Of a DNA stretch of 64,000 nucleotides, positions 12,712 to 24,860 are shown piece by piece (position 1 is the stretch's first letter; each line of letters begins with the position of its first letter). Both the position numbers and the translations under genes were made by a program. The stretch comes from Mobula hypostoma (Eukaryota): assembly GCF_963921235.1 (NCBI RefSeq), contig NC_086097.1, positions 235,788,001-235,852,000 on the forward strand, written 5' to 3'. The notes under the pieces are model-generated. The model searched no databases and was not told the DNA's origin. It worked only from the letters and a program-made list of their open reading frames with translations.

Positions 12712-13270
12712 AGGTGAGGCCCAAAGTAAATTGGGGGACCATTTTGTCAAGAATCTCCACCTCAACCGCCAAAAGCGAAATTTCCCAGTGGCCAACCATT
12801 TTAATTCCTAACCTCATCCTGTTCCGACATGTCGGTCCATGGCTTCCTCTTTTGCTATGATGAGGCCACTCTCAGGGTGGAGGAGCAACACCTCATATTC
12901 CACCTAGGTTGTCTCCAACCTGATGGCATGGGCATCGATTTCTCCTTCCAGTAATTTTGTTTTCCACGCCCCTTCACTCTACTTCTGTTTCCCACACTGC
13001 CCTCTTGGTCCTTCTCCCTCAGGTGTGCTTCCCTTTCTTTCATGGTCCACTCTCCTCTCCTATCAGACCCTTCTTCACCAGCTTTTTCACCCATCTGGCT
13101 CCAATTATCATCTTCTTGCTATCCTCCTTCCCCTCTCCCCACCTTTTTTATTCTAGCATTTCCCTTTCCCGTCCTGAAGAAGGGTCTCGGCCTGAAACGC
13201 TGACTGTTTATTTATTTCTATAGATGTTGCCTGGCCTGCTGAGTTCCTCCAGCACTTTGTGTGTGTTATT
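12712..13270 (+). mobile_element. Penelope-like element 3' fragment
   Basis: Homologous to 51520-52220 (RVEEQHLIFHLG..QPDGM); degenerate hammerhead at 13171-13205. Confidence 0.85.
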
Positions 13271-13369
13271 TAGAACCAAATCTAGACTCTATGACTGGCA
13301 TGATGCAATGGACAAACTGGCCTTTGGAAGGGTCGCAACGTTTGCTTGAGTGAAGAATTATATAGTCTC

Positions 13370-13772
13370 AGATACTTGTGCCCAAACATCTTGCCATGTA
13401 TCAATATCCTTCCCAGGGAAAGCCTTCTCCACCATTGAGCACATCTTCAAGGAGCTCTGAGATAAAAAAGCAGCAACCATCATCAAAGACACCCAGCATC
13501 CAGGTCCTGCTCTTTTCTCACTGCTGCCATCAAGATGGAGATAGAGGAGCTTTAGGTTGAACACCAGGTTCAGAGATAGTCATTACCCTTTTACCATTAA
13601 GCTCCTAAACCAATATGGTAACTTCACTCACCTCAAAACTGAACGTATTCAGTAATCTAAGGACTCACTTTCAAAGACACTACAACTTATGCTCTCAGCA
13701 TTACTTATTTACTTTTAAAACGTACTTATTTATTTATCAATACATTTATTTATTTATCACGCTATGTATGTA
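13370..13772 (+). mobile_element. Rex1/Babar 3' fragment
   Basis: KKAATIIKDTQHPGPALFSLLPSR-like translation plus an AT-rich 3' UTR. Confidence 0.7.
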
Positions 13773-16700
13773 CTTTACACTTATACTTTATACTTTATTG
13801 TTGCCAAACAATTGGTAGTAGAGCGTACAATCATCACAGCGATATTTGATTCTGCGCTTCACCCTCCCTGGATTACAAATATTAAATATTAAAGATATTA
13901 AAAATAGTTAAAATTAGTAAATATTAAAAATTTAAATTATAAATCATAAATAGAAAATAGAAAAATGGGAAGTAAGGTAGTGCAAAAAAACCGAGAAGCA
14001 GGTCCGGATATTTGAAGGGTACGGCCCAGATCCGGGTCAGGATCTGTTCAGCAGTCTTATCACAGTTGGAAAGAAACTGTTGCCAAATCTGGCCGTACGA
14101 GTCTTCAAGCTCCTGAACCTTCTCTCAGACGGAAGAGGGACGAAAAGTGTGTTGGCTAGGTGGGTCGTGTCCTTGATTATCCTGACAGCACTGCTCCCAC
14201 AGCGTGCGGTGTAAAATGAGTCCACGGATGGAAGATTGGTTTGTGTGATGTGCTGCACCGTGTTCATGATGTTCTGCAGCTTCTTTAGGTCTTGGACAGG
14301 ACGACTTCCATACCAGGTTGTGATGCACCCTAGAAGAATGCTTTCTACGGTGCATCTATAAAAATTAGTGAGGGTTTTAGGGGACAGGCCAAATTTCTTT
14401 AGTTTTCTCAGGAAGTAAAGGCACTGGTGGGCCTTCTTGGCAGTGAACTCTGCTTGGTTGGACCAAGTCAGGTCATTTGTGATATTGACCACAAGGAACT
14501 TAAAGCTTTTGACCTGTTCCACTTGCGCCCCACCGATGTAAATTGGGTCGTGCGGTCCGCTACTCCTTCTGAAGTCAACAACCAATTCCTTCGTCTTGCT
14601 GACATTGAGGGATAGGTTATTGTCTTCACACCATGCCACCAGGTTCTTAATTTCCTCTCTGTACTCAAACTCATCATTACCCGAGATACGGCCTACAATT
14701 GTTGTGTCATCAGCAAACTTATATATTGAGTTTGATGGAAACTTGGCTACACAATCATGGGTGTACAGTGAGTACACAGCCTTGTGGGGCACCTGTGCTC
14801 AGAGTGATTGTAGAGGAGAGCTTGTCCCCTATTTTTACAGCCTGGGTCCTGTCTGTGAGGAAGTTGAAGATCCAGCTGCAGATCTGAGTGCTAAGGCCCA
14901 GGTTCCGGAGCTTAGGAATCAGTTTATTTGGAATGATGGTATTAAAGACAGAGCTGTAGTCAATGAAAAGTAGCCTTACGTATGCGTCTTTATTCTCCAG
15001 GTTTTCTAAGGAGGAATGTAGGGCCAGAGAGATGGCATCTGCTGTTGACCTGTTGCTCCGGTAGGCGAATTGCAAAGCGTCGAGGTTGACTGGTAGGCTG
15101 TGGTTAATGTGTGCCATAACCAATCTCTCAAAGCACTTCATAGCAATTGATGTTAGAGCCACAGGTCGATAGTCATTCAGGCATGCCACCTTGCTCTTCT
15201 CCGGCACTGGGATTATCGTTGCCTTCTGAAAACACGAGGGGATCTTAGACTGAAGCAAGGAGCAGTTGAAGATGTCAGCAAACACTCCAGCTAGCTCGCT
15301 TGCACAGGCCCGGAGAACCCGTCCTGGGATGCCATCTGGGCCCGTCGCCTTCCTTGGATTTATCTTCAGGAAGGCCCTTCTAACGTCCTCCTCGGTAACG
15401 CTGAATCTCGATGACACCAGGTCCGGTTAATCCGAAGGGAGCGGGTCGCTCTTCTTCTGTTCGAATCTTGCATAGAATGCGTTAAGTTCATCAGGAAGAG
15501 AAGCGCCACGGTTATTGATATTCCCAGCCTTTTCTTTGCGCCTAGTGATCTCATTTAGACCCTGCTATAGTCTACCGACTTCCCTCTGGGTAGCCTGGGC
15601 TTCAAACTTGGCTCGATATTGCCTCTTGGCACCCTTAATGGCTTTCTGGAGTTCACGCCTGGATTCCGTGTAGCGACTGGTATCCCTGGACCTAAAAACC
15701 CCAGCTCTAGCCTTTAAAAGGGTCTTGACCTCATAATTCATCCAAGGTTTCCGGTTAGGGAATACCCGGATCGTCTTGCAAGACACACAGTCCTCCGTGC
15801 ATTCCCAAATAAAGTCCGTGACAGCTGAGGCATACTCATCGAGGTTAGCTGCCGAGTCCTTGAATACTAACCAGTCCACCGATTCAAAGCAGTCACGGAG
15901 GACCTCATCCATTTCCTCCGTCCAACACGACACTACTTTTGACACCGTGACCTTTCGCTTCAGTTTCTGTTTGTAAGCCGGGAGGAGGAGTACAGCCTGA
16001 TGGTCCGATTTTCCGAAGTGAGGTCGTGGGACGGAACGGTAGGCATCCTTGACTGCTGTGTAGCAGTGGTCAAGTATATTCGGGCCTCTAGTGGGGCAGG
16101 AGACATGTTGGTATAACTTTGGCAGCACCTTTCTGAGGTTGACCTGGTTAAAGTCCCCGGCTGTAATGAGCAAAGCCTCCGCATACTTGGTCTCAAGTTC
16201 ACTGATGTTGGCATACAGTATGTTCAGAACACACTCCACGTCCGCCTGGGGGGGAATGTAGACCGCTGTCAGTATGACCGAGGTGAATTCCCGTGGCAGA
16301 TAGTAGGGACGACACGTCACCGACAGGTGTTCCAGGTCCGGGCTGCAGGAGCTTGTCAGTGCCACTGTGTCCGAGCACCACCCAGTGTTGATCAGTAGGC
16401 AGATACCACCTCCCCTCGTCTTGCCCGAAGTCACCATGTAGTCCATCCGATGGATTGAAAATCCCTCCGGTCGGATGGCACAGTTGAGGGTGGCAGGGGA
16501 GAGCCAGGTCTCGGTGAAACAGAACACACAGCAGTTCTGCATCTCCCTGCAGTAGGTGAGTCTCCCTTTAAGATCATCCACCTTGTTCTCGATGGCTTGC
16601 ACATTAGCTAGTAGGATGGTGGGCATAGGGACGCTGAAGCCCCTCAGCTTCAATCTGACCAGCAGCCCAGCTCTTTTCACACGCTTCCTCAGTAGGTACT

Positions 16701-17172
16701 GCATCTTTCCAGGTCTCCATCGATGCAGTGTGTTGTTGTCAGCTCTTTGATGTTGGTGGACGCATCCCGCGGGAATCGATTGGCGGGTTGCCTCGTTGTG
16801 TGCTCCGGGTCGGGTCAAGTAACGGGGGGAGGCTCCACTGCCACTTCCAGCTGCCGGGGGCCCGGGCTGTCGATTGGGTTGGGCCCCGATGCCGACACTT
16901 AATCCCAGATGGCCGGGCTCCTGGCTGAAACAAGCCCTTAAGCCGAGTCACAGTTACTGAGGCCTCTGCTCCAGTCGAGCCTCGGGCTCGATTTCCGAGG
17001 TCGGCGTCGGAGGCCTCACTTCCGGCAGCTGTGGATAACCACCAACGGGGTTTACGGTGGTCGCTCCGGGGAAGCGTCTGGGGCACCTTGAGGTCTCCGC
17101 CGTCACTTCTGTGTGGTTGTCTGCTCCGGAGAGGTGCTGGTCGGAATGGGCCGTGTCTCCAAGCGCTCCGGC
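13773..17172 (-). mobile_element. Near-full-length Rex1/Babar-clade LINE (APE + RT)
   Basis: ORF 15565..16818 endonuclease (FTETWL, GDFN, SDH); 14755..15417 and 14037..14792 RT ([17 protein letters not shown]); CTTTATA-type tail; candidate 9-bp TSD ATGTATGTA at 13764-13772 and 17173-17181. Confidence 0.93.
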
Positions 17173-17199
17173 ATGTATGTATTTATTGATCTATTTATT

Positions 17200-17340
17200 T
17201 ATGCTCAGCTCAAGCTGATAAAACCTGAGGTATGGGCATAGCTCAGCACACTCATTTCTTAATTGCTAGGAACTTTTGGACTATTCTAGCGGTGTTTAGT
17301 ATTGTAGCTTTCTGAAGATATACATAAATATTACTCTCTA
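17200..17340 (-). mobile_element. Possible R4/Dong-clade non-LTR element extreme 3' end
   Basis: Translation LQKATILNTARIVQKFLAI* resembles the C-terminus of RLE-encoding R4-type elements; short 3' UTR and (TAAA)n-like tail. Confidence 0.5.
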
Positions 17341-17539
17341 ACTGTTGATGAAGTTTATCTCTGTATGCTGTCATGTCTGTCTCAAGTTCCATTACTTGGA
17401 AAAATATGATCATTATGAATGTGTTTACTTCTAATGAGCATTTCATGTGTGTCTTTCTTCTCTTAACTGCATGAATGGTTTCAGACTGCTCCCCTGAGAA
17501 ACATTTGCAGTAGTTGCAGCCTGTGATACTGATGGGCTA

Positions 17540-18368
17540 CTTGGTGTACCGGCAGTATCTTTTTTGGGTTTCCCGGTGCCTGCCCGTTTATTCAGCAGTG
17601 CACCACTGGCGGTTTGCGGCTGTAGGCGTGCTCTGGCGAGCCCCAGGCAGCGGCCGTATCACTCTATTCCATAGACACCTCTCCATTTCTAAAGCGAAAG
17701 CGTATTGTTTTGTATACCTACAGCCTGGTTTAAGTTTCAGCCATCCCTAACATGGAGAACAGAAGCTGACCAGAGCTCGACCCAATCTGGGTACAGATAT
17801 GTCTGGATTTCTTTCAGGACCTAGGGGAGGGGAGCAGGGGGTGGCGGGAGGTGGCAGCAGATTTTACACTGATGTATGTCTTCTCCTGGAATCTGAGCCC
17901 CGGCTTCACACCTGTTCTCCGAGTGAACAGCTCGGCTGAATGGCTCACCGTCCAACGAGTTCTCCAGATTCTGCCTCCCACTGCCTGAGGCCAGTGCTAT
18001 TGTCTCGACCCAGCCACAGCAGTGCTGTTGCTGGCCACTCTTCGTTTTAGCAACTTCGATGTGTGTTGCGTAAATATTATTATTACCTGTTTTTATTTGC
18101 ACTGTTTGTCTTCTTTTACATATTGGTTGTTTGTCTTTGTGCGTAGTTTTTCATTAATACTATCAGAACATAGAACATAGAACATAGAATAGTACAGCAC
18201 ATTACAGGCCCTTCAGCCCACAATGTTGTGCCGACCCTCAAACCCTGCCTTCCATATAACCCCCCATCTTAAATTGTATTTCTTTGTTCTACGGTGAATA
18301 CCTGCAAGAAAATATATCACAATATGGTGAGATATACTCACTTTGATAATAAACTTATTTGAACTTTG
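17540..18368 (+). mobile_element. Non-coding non-autonomous retroelement with Rex-type tail, containing a CR1 end
   Basis: GC-rich body ending tttgataataaacttatttgaactttga. Confidence 0.45.
18164..18275 (-). mobile_element. CR1 extreme 3' end
   Basis: (AGAACAT)n tail followed by gtacagcacattacaggcccttcagcccac. Confidence 0.8.
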
Positions 18369-19507
18369 ATATGGCATATCAAAAGGAAGAAAAGGGCCAC
18401 TTACTGCTTGGTATTTAAGGGTGGGAAAATGGACCCAGAATAGTTAAATTTGCAGAATACCAGGCTGCTGGGGATAGCAACAGCCAGCTTCCCTGTATTA
18501 ATGACCTCAGTAGGGAGGGTGGATCAGCCTTTTTGATATTAAGTTTGGTTAATACATTCCTTCCCAGGCTCAAAGCAATTCCATGTAAGATCCTGTAAAA
18601 TCTGATAGGTTGTTGTTCAGACGATTAGGGCTGCAGCTCACACTCCTTTCCTGTCCTTCATATAATCCATCCTTTATCCTTTTTCACGCATTCTTATTCA
18701 CTTTTAAATATCTTTCATAAATATTCATGATCTCTGCCTTGGCTTTAAGAAGCAGTCCACCACATTAAATATTACAGGCTGCTTATTCTTGTCATCTACT
18801 GCAGATATTAACCTGCTACACAGTGAGTCCTAATTTATTCCTATCGTTTAAAAAAACTCTATATGGCATTAGTTTAAGTCATATACTTGTTGCTTTTGAA
18901 GGAATTTTTACAACCTTTGAGCTATTGCAATTTATCCATGGTTTCCATAGCATTTAAACCCTTCAATATTTTATTCAGAAATCTTCAGTTTTGCTTTTAA
19001 ATTAATGCATTTAGATTCTGTTGGTTAAGTTCAATGACTCCTGAAAATGGGTATAGGAATTGGGCTGCATGATTATCATTTCTTAGCATTTCGGTGCTAA
19101 GTCTATATTTTGCTGTCTGCTCTTTTCAATATTTCAATGGCTAGCCACTGACACACAGTGAAGGTCCTCCATTGATGGGAGCTTTCATAGCAATTAAGGT
19201 TACATGTGTGATAGCCATACTGTTAGGGTTCTTTTTTAACATAAGTCATGTAATTTCTGCACTGAGATACACGTCGATGAATTTCTGCATGAACACCCTG
19301 GGCAAATATGGTCCCTGTTAAAAACTCCTTTCTGTCTCCATCTAATCCAACTTTCAGCGTTTATCTCCTTCCGAAAACGGGTTATTCAATCTCCCAGTTA
19401 TTTTCTATTCCTAAAGGTATTAATGCAGCTATATCTGGAAACCACTGTTTTTTGTTTCCAATTCCCTTAACATCTGTTCTCGGTTATAAAACATCTGTTT
19501 TCTGTTA

Positions 19508-19785
19508 GGCAGCGGCGCAGTACATTGCGGTTAGCGTAAATATATTCCAGCACCAGCAACCGGTGTTCAATCGGCTGCTGTCTGCAAGGAGTTTGTATGT
19601 TCTCCCTGTGTGACTGCTTTTGTCTCCTCTGGGTGTTCCAGTTTCCTCTCACAGTCCAAAGGTGTAAGAGTTAGACCACATGGGTTAGTAAGTTGGTTGG
19701 TCATATGGATGTAATAGGGCAGCGTGAGTACGTGGAGGTGGAAGGAACTGTTACCATAACGTATCTCTAAATGAATAAAAATAAA
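19508..19785 (+). mobile_element. tRNA-derived SINE (V-SINE-like)
   Basis: tRNA-like head, then central block ggagtttgtatgttctccctgtg...tttcctctcacagtccaaag and an A-rich end. Confidence 0.75.
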
Positions 19786-20089
19786 TCAGCAAAGAGCCCT
19801 TCAGCACGTGCCACATGGGTTCACACAGATATTTGCAACATGAAGCCATTACGTCTCAATTTCTTGGCGGGGTCATGGTAGAAAGAAAAAGGAAAAAGAA
19901 GAAACAAACTTGCAATGCAAGGTTAAAAAGATCATGGAATGAGGTAGTATTGGTTGAAGAATGAAAATAATGATGATCAGATTACTGACAGTGCACTATT
20001 AACTTTCAAAAGGTCTGAGAGAGACAGAAGACCCTGCTGAAGGCTTATTTCTGAAAACTGCAAATTAAGCGAAGGTGGAAAGGGTGAAG

Positions 20090-20340
20090 TTGTACAATCA
20101 GCCATCCAAGCCATGAACACAACCATCCCCACCGTCAAAGGCATTTTCAAGAAGGCAGCATCCATCATTAGGAATCTTCAACATCTTCTCATTACTGTCA
20201 TGAGGGAGAAAGTATAGGATTCTGAAGACCCACACTCAATGTTTTAAGAACAGCTTCTCCCACTCCCCCCCCCCACCCCCCACCACTGCTGTCAGGTTTC
20301 TGAACAGCCCATGAACCCATTCACACTATTTCGTTTTTTC
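20090..20340 (+). mobile_element. Rex1/Babar 3' fragment, degraded
   Basis: caagaaggcagcatccatcatta...ctgaagacccacactcaatgttttaagaacagcttct. Confidence 0.65.
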
Positions 20341-20439
20341 TTTTATCTCTTATGTCTTGCCCTGTAATGCTGATGCCTGGAAGTCAAATACCAGTGCTTT
20401 TGTTTTACTTATTATGATTTTGGCCTAAATCTATGTGAG

Positions 20440-21192
20440 AAAAGTGTGTATAGTTGACAACGAGAAGGAAGTTTTAGACTGTAAAAAGGATACAGAGGCT
20501 CTGATCAGTTGGGTGGAAAAATAGAAAATGTTTTTTTTTGCATTTGCTCATTTTGAAGTTTAACATGGTTGAGAAATACACTACTAATGAAGGTTGGGAA
20601 AGAATGTTATGTTGAAATTGTATAAGACACTGGTGAGGCCTGATTTGGATTATTGTGTGGAGTTTTGGTCTCCTGCTTACAGGAAAAATGTGAAGAAGGT
20701 TGAAGAGTACACAGAAAATTTACAGGAATGTTGCCGGGTCTGGAGGACCTGAGTTATAAGAAATGATTGTATAAGTTAGGACTGTATTCTTTGGAATGTG
20801 GAAGATTGAGGGGAGGTCTGATAGAGGTGTACAAAATTATGAGAGGTTTACATTGGGTAAATGCAAGCAGACTTTTTAGACTGAGGTTGGGTGCAACTAC
20901 AATGAGAGGTCAAGGGTTAAGGGTGAAAGGTGCAAAATTTAAGGGGAACATGAAGGGGAACTTCTTTATTCAGAGGGTCTTGAGAGTGTGGAATGAGCTG
21001 CCAACACAAGTGGTGCATTCTAGCTCAATTTCAACACTTAGGAGAAGTTTGGATAAGTACATGGATGGTAGGGGTATGGAGAGCTATGGCCCTGGTGGTG
21101 GCTGATGGGAGTAGACAGTATAAATGTTTTTGGCATGGACTAGATGGGCCAAAGGGCTTGTTTCTGTTCTGTATTCCTCTATGGCACTATGA
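20440..21192 (+). mobile_element. CR1 3' fragment
   Basis: ORF 20767..21105 LGLYSLE..RLRGGLIEVYKI...FFIQRVLRVWNELP. Confidence 0.9.
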
Positions 21193-21519
21193 TGTGGAGA
21201 AGTTACGAAAACACAAAGAGGTTTCACTCAGAAACAGAATTTCCAGCTCAACATGCCCACACCGACCATTACACAGCAAGTTTTACTCTAACCCTATATT
21301 ATCCATTTTATTTGCATCACATCGCTATCAGTTCCATCCCAGATTCTGCACTTCACTGTACCTTAGGGACTATTTGATTTGGCCACTTAAACCCGTTCAC
21401 CTCCAATTACACTTTTGTAATACTTGAGAGAAATCCAGTAAGAGGAAACCCATTTGCTTACTGGGAGAACGTGCGAACACCACATGGACAGTATCACATG
21501 GAAGAACCTGTCTCAGATA

Positions 21520-21940
21520 GGGGAACAGTGGAACCTTGATATGCATGTTCTCAGATCCTTAAAGACAGTGGGATAGGCTGATAATGTGGTTAGACATTTA
21601 TAAGCAATTTTTTTCTTTACCAGTTTAGTCACAGAATATAGAAACAGGAAGCTTCTGCTGCAATTATGCTCAAGATGATGCCAGGACTAGAAGACTTGAG
21701 TTATAGGGAAAGGTTGAATAAGGTAGGAATTTATTCCCAAGAACGTAAAAGATTGAGAGAAGAATTGACAATGATATGCAAAATTATGAGGTGTATAGGA
21801 AGGGTAAATGCAAGTAGGCTTTTTCCACTGAGGTTGGGTAAAACTACAATCAGAGGTCATGAGTTAAGGGTGAAAGGTGAAATATTAGGGGAACATGTGG
21901 GGAAACTTCTTCACTCAGAGGGTGGTGATACTGTGAACAG
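21520..21940 (+). mobile_element. CR1 3' fragment (continues at 24693-24860)
   Basis: PGLEDLSYRERLNKVG...; interrupted by the Rex element starting at ~21941. Confidence 0.8.
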
Positions 21941-24692
21941 GTTCAGAATCAGAATCAGGTTTATTATCACCGGCATGTGTCGTGAAATTTGTTAACTTAG
22001 CAGCTGCAGTTCAATGCAATACATGATATAGAAAAATAATAATAATAATGAATAAGTAAATCAATTATGGTATATGTATATTGAATAGATTAAAAATCGT
22101 GCAAAAATAGAAATAACATATATTAAAAAGTGAAGTCGTGTTCAAGGGTTCAATGTCTGTTTAGAAATTGGATGGCAGGGGGAAGAAGCTGTTCCTGAAT
22201 CATTAAGTGTATGTATTCAGTCTTCTGTATCTGCTACCTGATGGTAACAGTGAGAAAAGGGCATGCCCTGGGTGCTGGAGGTCCTTAATAATGGATGCTG
22301 CTTTTCTGATACACCGCTCCTTGAAAATGTCCTAGGTACTTTGTAGACTAGTACTTAAGATGGAGCCGACTAAATTTACATAGAAATATAGAAAACCTAC
22401 AGCACAACACTGACCCTTTGGTCCACAATGCTGTGCCGAACATGTACTTACTTTAGAAATTACCTAGGGTTACCCATAGCTCTCTGTTTTCCTAAGCTTC
22501 ATGTACCTGTCCAAGAATCTCTTAAAAGACCCTATCGTATCCACCTCCACCACCATTGCCGGCAGCCTATTCCACGCACTCACCACTCTCTACGTAAAAA
22601 ACTTACCCCTGACATCTCCTCTATTCCTACTCCCAAGCACCTTAAAACTGTATCCTCTCATGTTAGCCATTTCAGCCCTGGAAAAAAGCCTCTGACTATC
22701 CACACGATCAATGCCTCCCATCATCATATTACAACCCTCTGCAGCTTCTTTTGGTCCTGTGCAGCAGCCCCACCCCCATACCAGACAGTGACGTAGCCTG
22801 TCAGAATGCTCTCCACAGTACATCTATAGAAGTTCTTGAGTGTATTTTTTGACATACCAAATCTCTTCAAATTCCTACTGATGTATAGTTGCTGCTTGCC
22901 TTCTTAATAACTGTTTTGACATGTTGGGATCAGGTTAGATCCTCAGAGATCTTGACAGACAGGAACTTGAAACTGCTCACTTTCTCCACTTCTGATCCCT
23001 CTATGAGGATTGGTATGTGTTCCTTCATCTTACCCTTCCTGAAGTCCACAATCAGCTCTTTCATCTTACTGACACTGAGTGGCAGGTTGTTGCTGGGACA
23101 CCACTCCACTAGTTGGCATATCTCACTCCCGTATGCCCTCTCATCACCACCTGAGATTCACTCTCTTTAAAGACAGCCTAACATCGGCCTCTGAGACAGA
23201 GATCACAAGGTCATCACGTGCAGCAAGGATCTTCACAGCTATAGTTATACTCTCCCTTTCAAAGTGGGCATGGAAGGTACTGAGCTCATCTGGTAGTGAA
23301 GCCTGCTGCCATTCATGCTATTGGGTTTTGTATTGTTGGAAGTAATGTCTTGCAAACCCTGCCAGAGTTGTCATACATCCGATGTCGCCTCTAACCTCAT
23401 TCAAAATTGTCTCTTCGCCCTTGCAATAACCCTCTGCAAATCATACCTGGTTTTCTGGTACAGGCCTGGGTCGCCAGACTTGAATGCCACAGATCTAGCC
23501 TTCAGTAGATGATGCACCCCCTGGTTCATCCACGGCTTTTGGTTTGGGAATGTACAGTATGTCTTTGTAGACACACACACATCCACACAGGTTTTAATGA
23601 AGTCAGTAACAACTACAGCATACTCATCCAGGTTCAAAGATGAATCCCTGAATACAGTCCAGTCCACCGATTCAAAGCAGTCCTGTAGGTGTTCCTGTGC
23701 TTCCCTTGTCCATACCTTCTTGGTCCTCGTTACTGGTGCTGCAGTCTTCAGTCTCTGCCTATACTCAGGGAGTAGAAGTACAGCCTGGTGATCAGACTTC
23801 CCGAAGTGAGGGTGTGGAACAGCACAGTAGGCATTCTTGATGGTGGTGTAGCAATGGTCCAGTGTGTTGTTTCCTCTGGTATTGCAAGTGATCTGTTGAT
23901 GGTAATTGCTTAGTAATTTTTTTCAGACTGGTCCAGTTAAAATCCCCCAAAATGATAGTGAAGGCGTTAGGGTGTGCTGTTTCGTGCATGTTGATCCCAT
24001 TGTTCAGGTCATCTAAAGTCTGATTGACAGTCGCCTGAGGTGGAATGTATACCGCTAGCAAAATTATCCCATAGATCTGCCGCGGTACGTAAAAAGGACA
24101 GCACTTTAGCTGCTAGATATTCCAGGTCTGGTGAGCAGAATTGGGACAGCACTGATATATTTGTGCACCAAGAAGAGTTGATCATGAGGCATACTCCTCC
24201 ACTTCTGCTTTTGAAAGACTCTGTAGATCTATCCTGACTGTATATAGTAAATCCGTCAATCTGAATCACTGCATCTGGTATGGAAGGGGTTAACCAGGAT
24301 TCCAAGAATCAAAGGACCCATGCGGTCCTATTGTCCCTCTGATTCAGCACTCTAGCTCCGAGCTCATCAATTTTATTCACTGGAGACTGCACTTTTGCCA
24401 GCAAGATAGTCAGTATTGGGAGTTTAAAACGGTTTCCTTAAACACACTTGTAGCCCTGATCTACATCCACGCTTCCTGCATGGAATCCTACACGGATGAA
24501 TCCATCCACAATCAGCATTATTTCTGTCAATTTTAAGCAGTGCTAGTTCGTTTAAATGCATTAAGACATCTTTGTTGACTGACCTTGGAAACAGTTGTGC
24601 TTTTTTTAGCTCTATCAGGCTGAAATGAGAATATTTAATCATATCTATAGAGAGTTCTGCTGCTACGCAAGTCACCCCTAGGTGCCCCGGAA
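21941..24692 (-). mobile_element. Internally deleted Rex1/Babar LINE (5' end + APE + C-terminus; RT core missing)
   Basis: (AGAATC)n tail; ESWLTP, AVYIPPQ, GDFN, NQKPWMN fragments; jump at ~23160 removes most of the RT. Confidence 0.88.
22378..22727 (-). mobile_element. CR1 3' end nested in the Rex element
   Basis: catagaaatatagaaa tail; GIDRVDSQRLFSR...RGKFFT. Confidence 0.85.
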
Positions 24693-24860
24693 GTAGTGGT
24701 GGATGCTGGGTGATTTCAATATTTAAGAGAAATTTGGATAGGTACATGGATGAGAGGGGTATGGAGGGTTATGGTCTGGCTGCAGACTGAGGGGACTAGG
24801 CAGATTAGATGGGCCAAAAGACCTGTTTCTGTGCTGTAGTGTTCTGTGACTCCATGTCTT
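24693..24860 (+). mobile_element. CR1 3' end (continuation of 21520-21940)
   Basis: atttaagagaaatttggataggtacatggatgagagggg...ctgtgctgtagtgttctgtgactccatg. Confidence 0.75.

Noticed and set aside
18407..18592. Minus-strand AG...GTAAGT exon-like interval
   Set aside because: Weak acceptor, stops in the frames read, no recognisable product
19508..19580. tRNA-like sequence
   Set aside because: Degenerate SINE head; no complete cloverleaf
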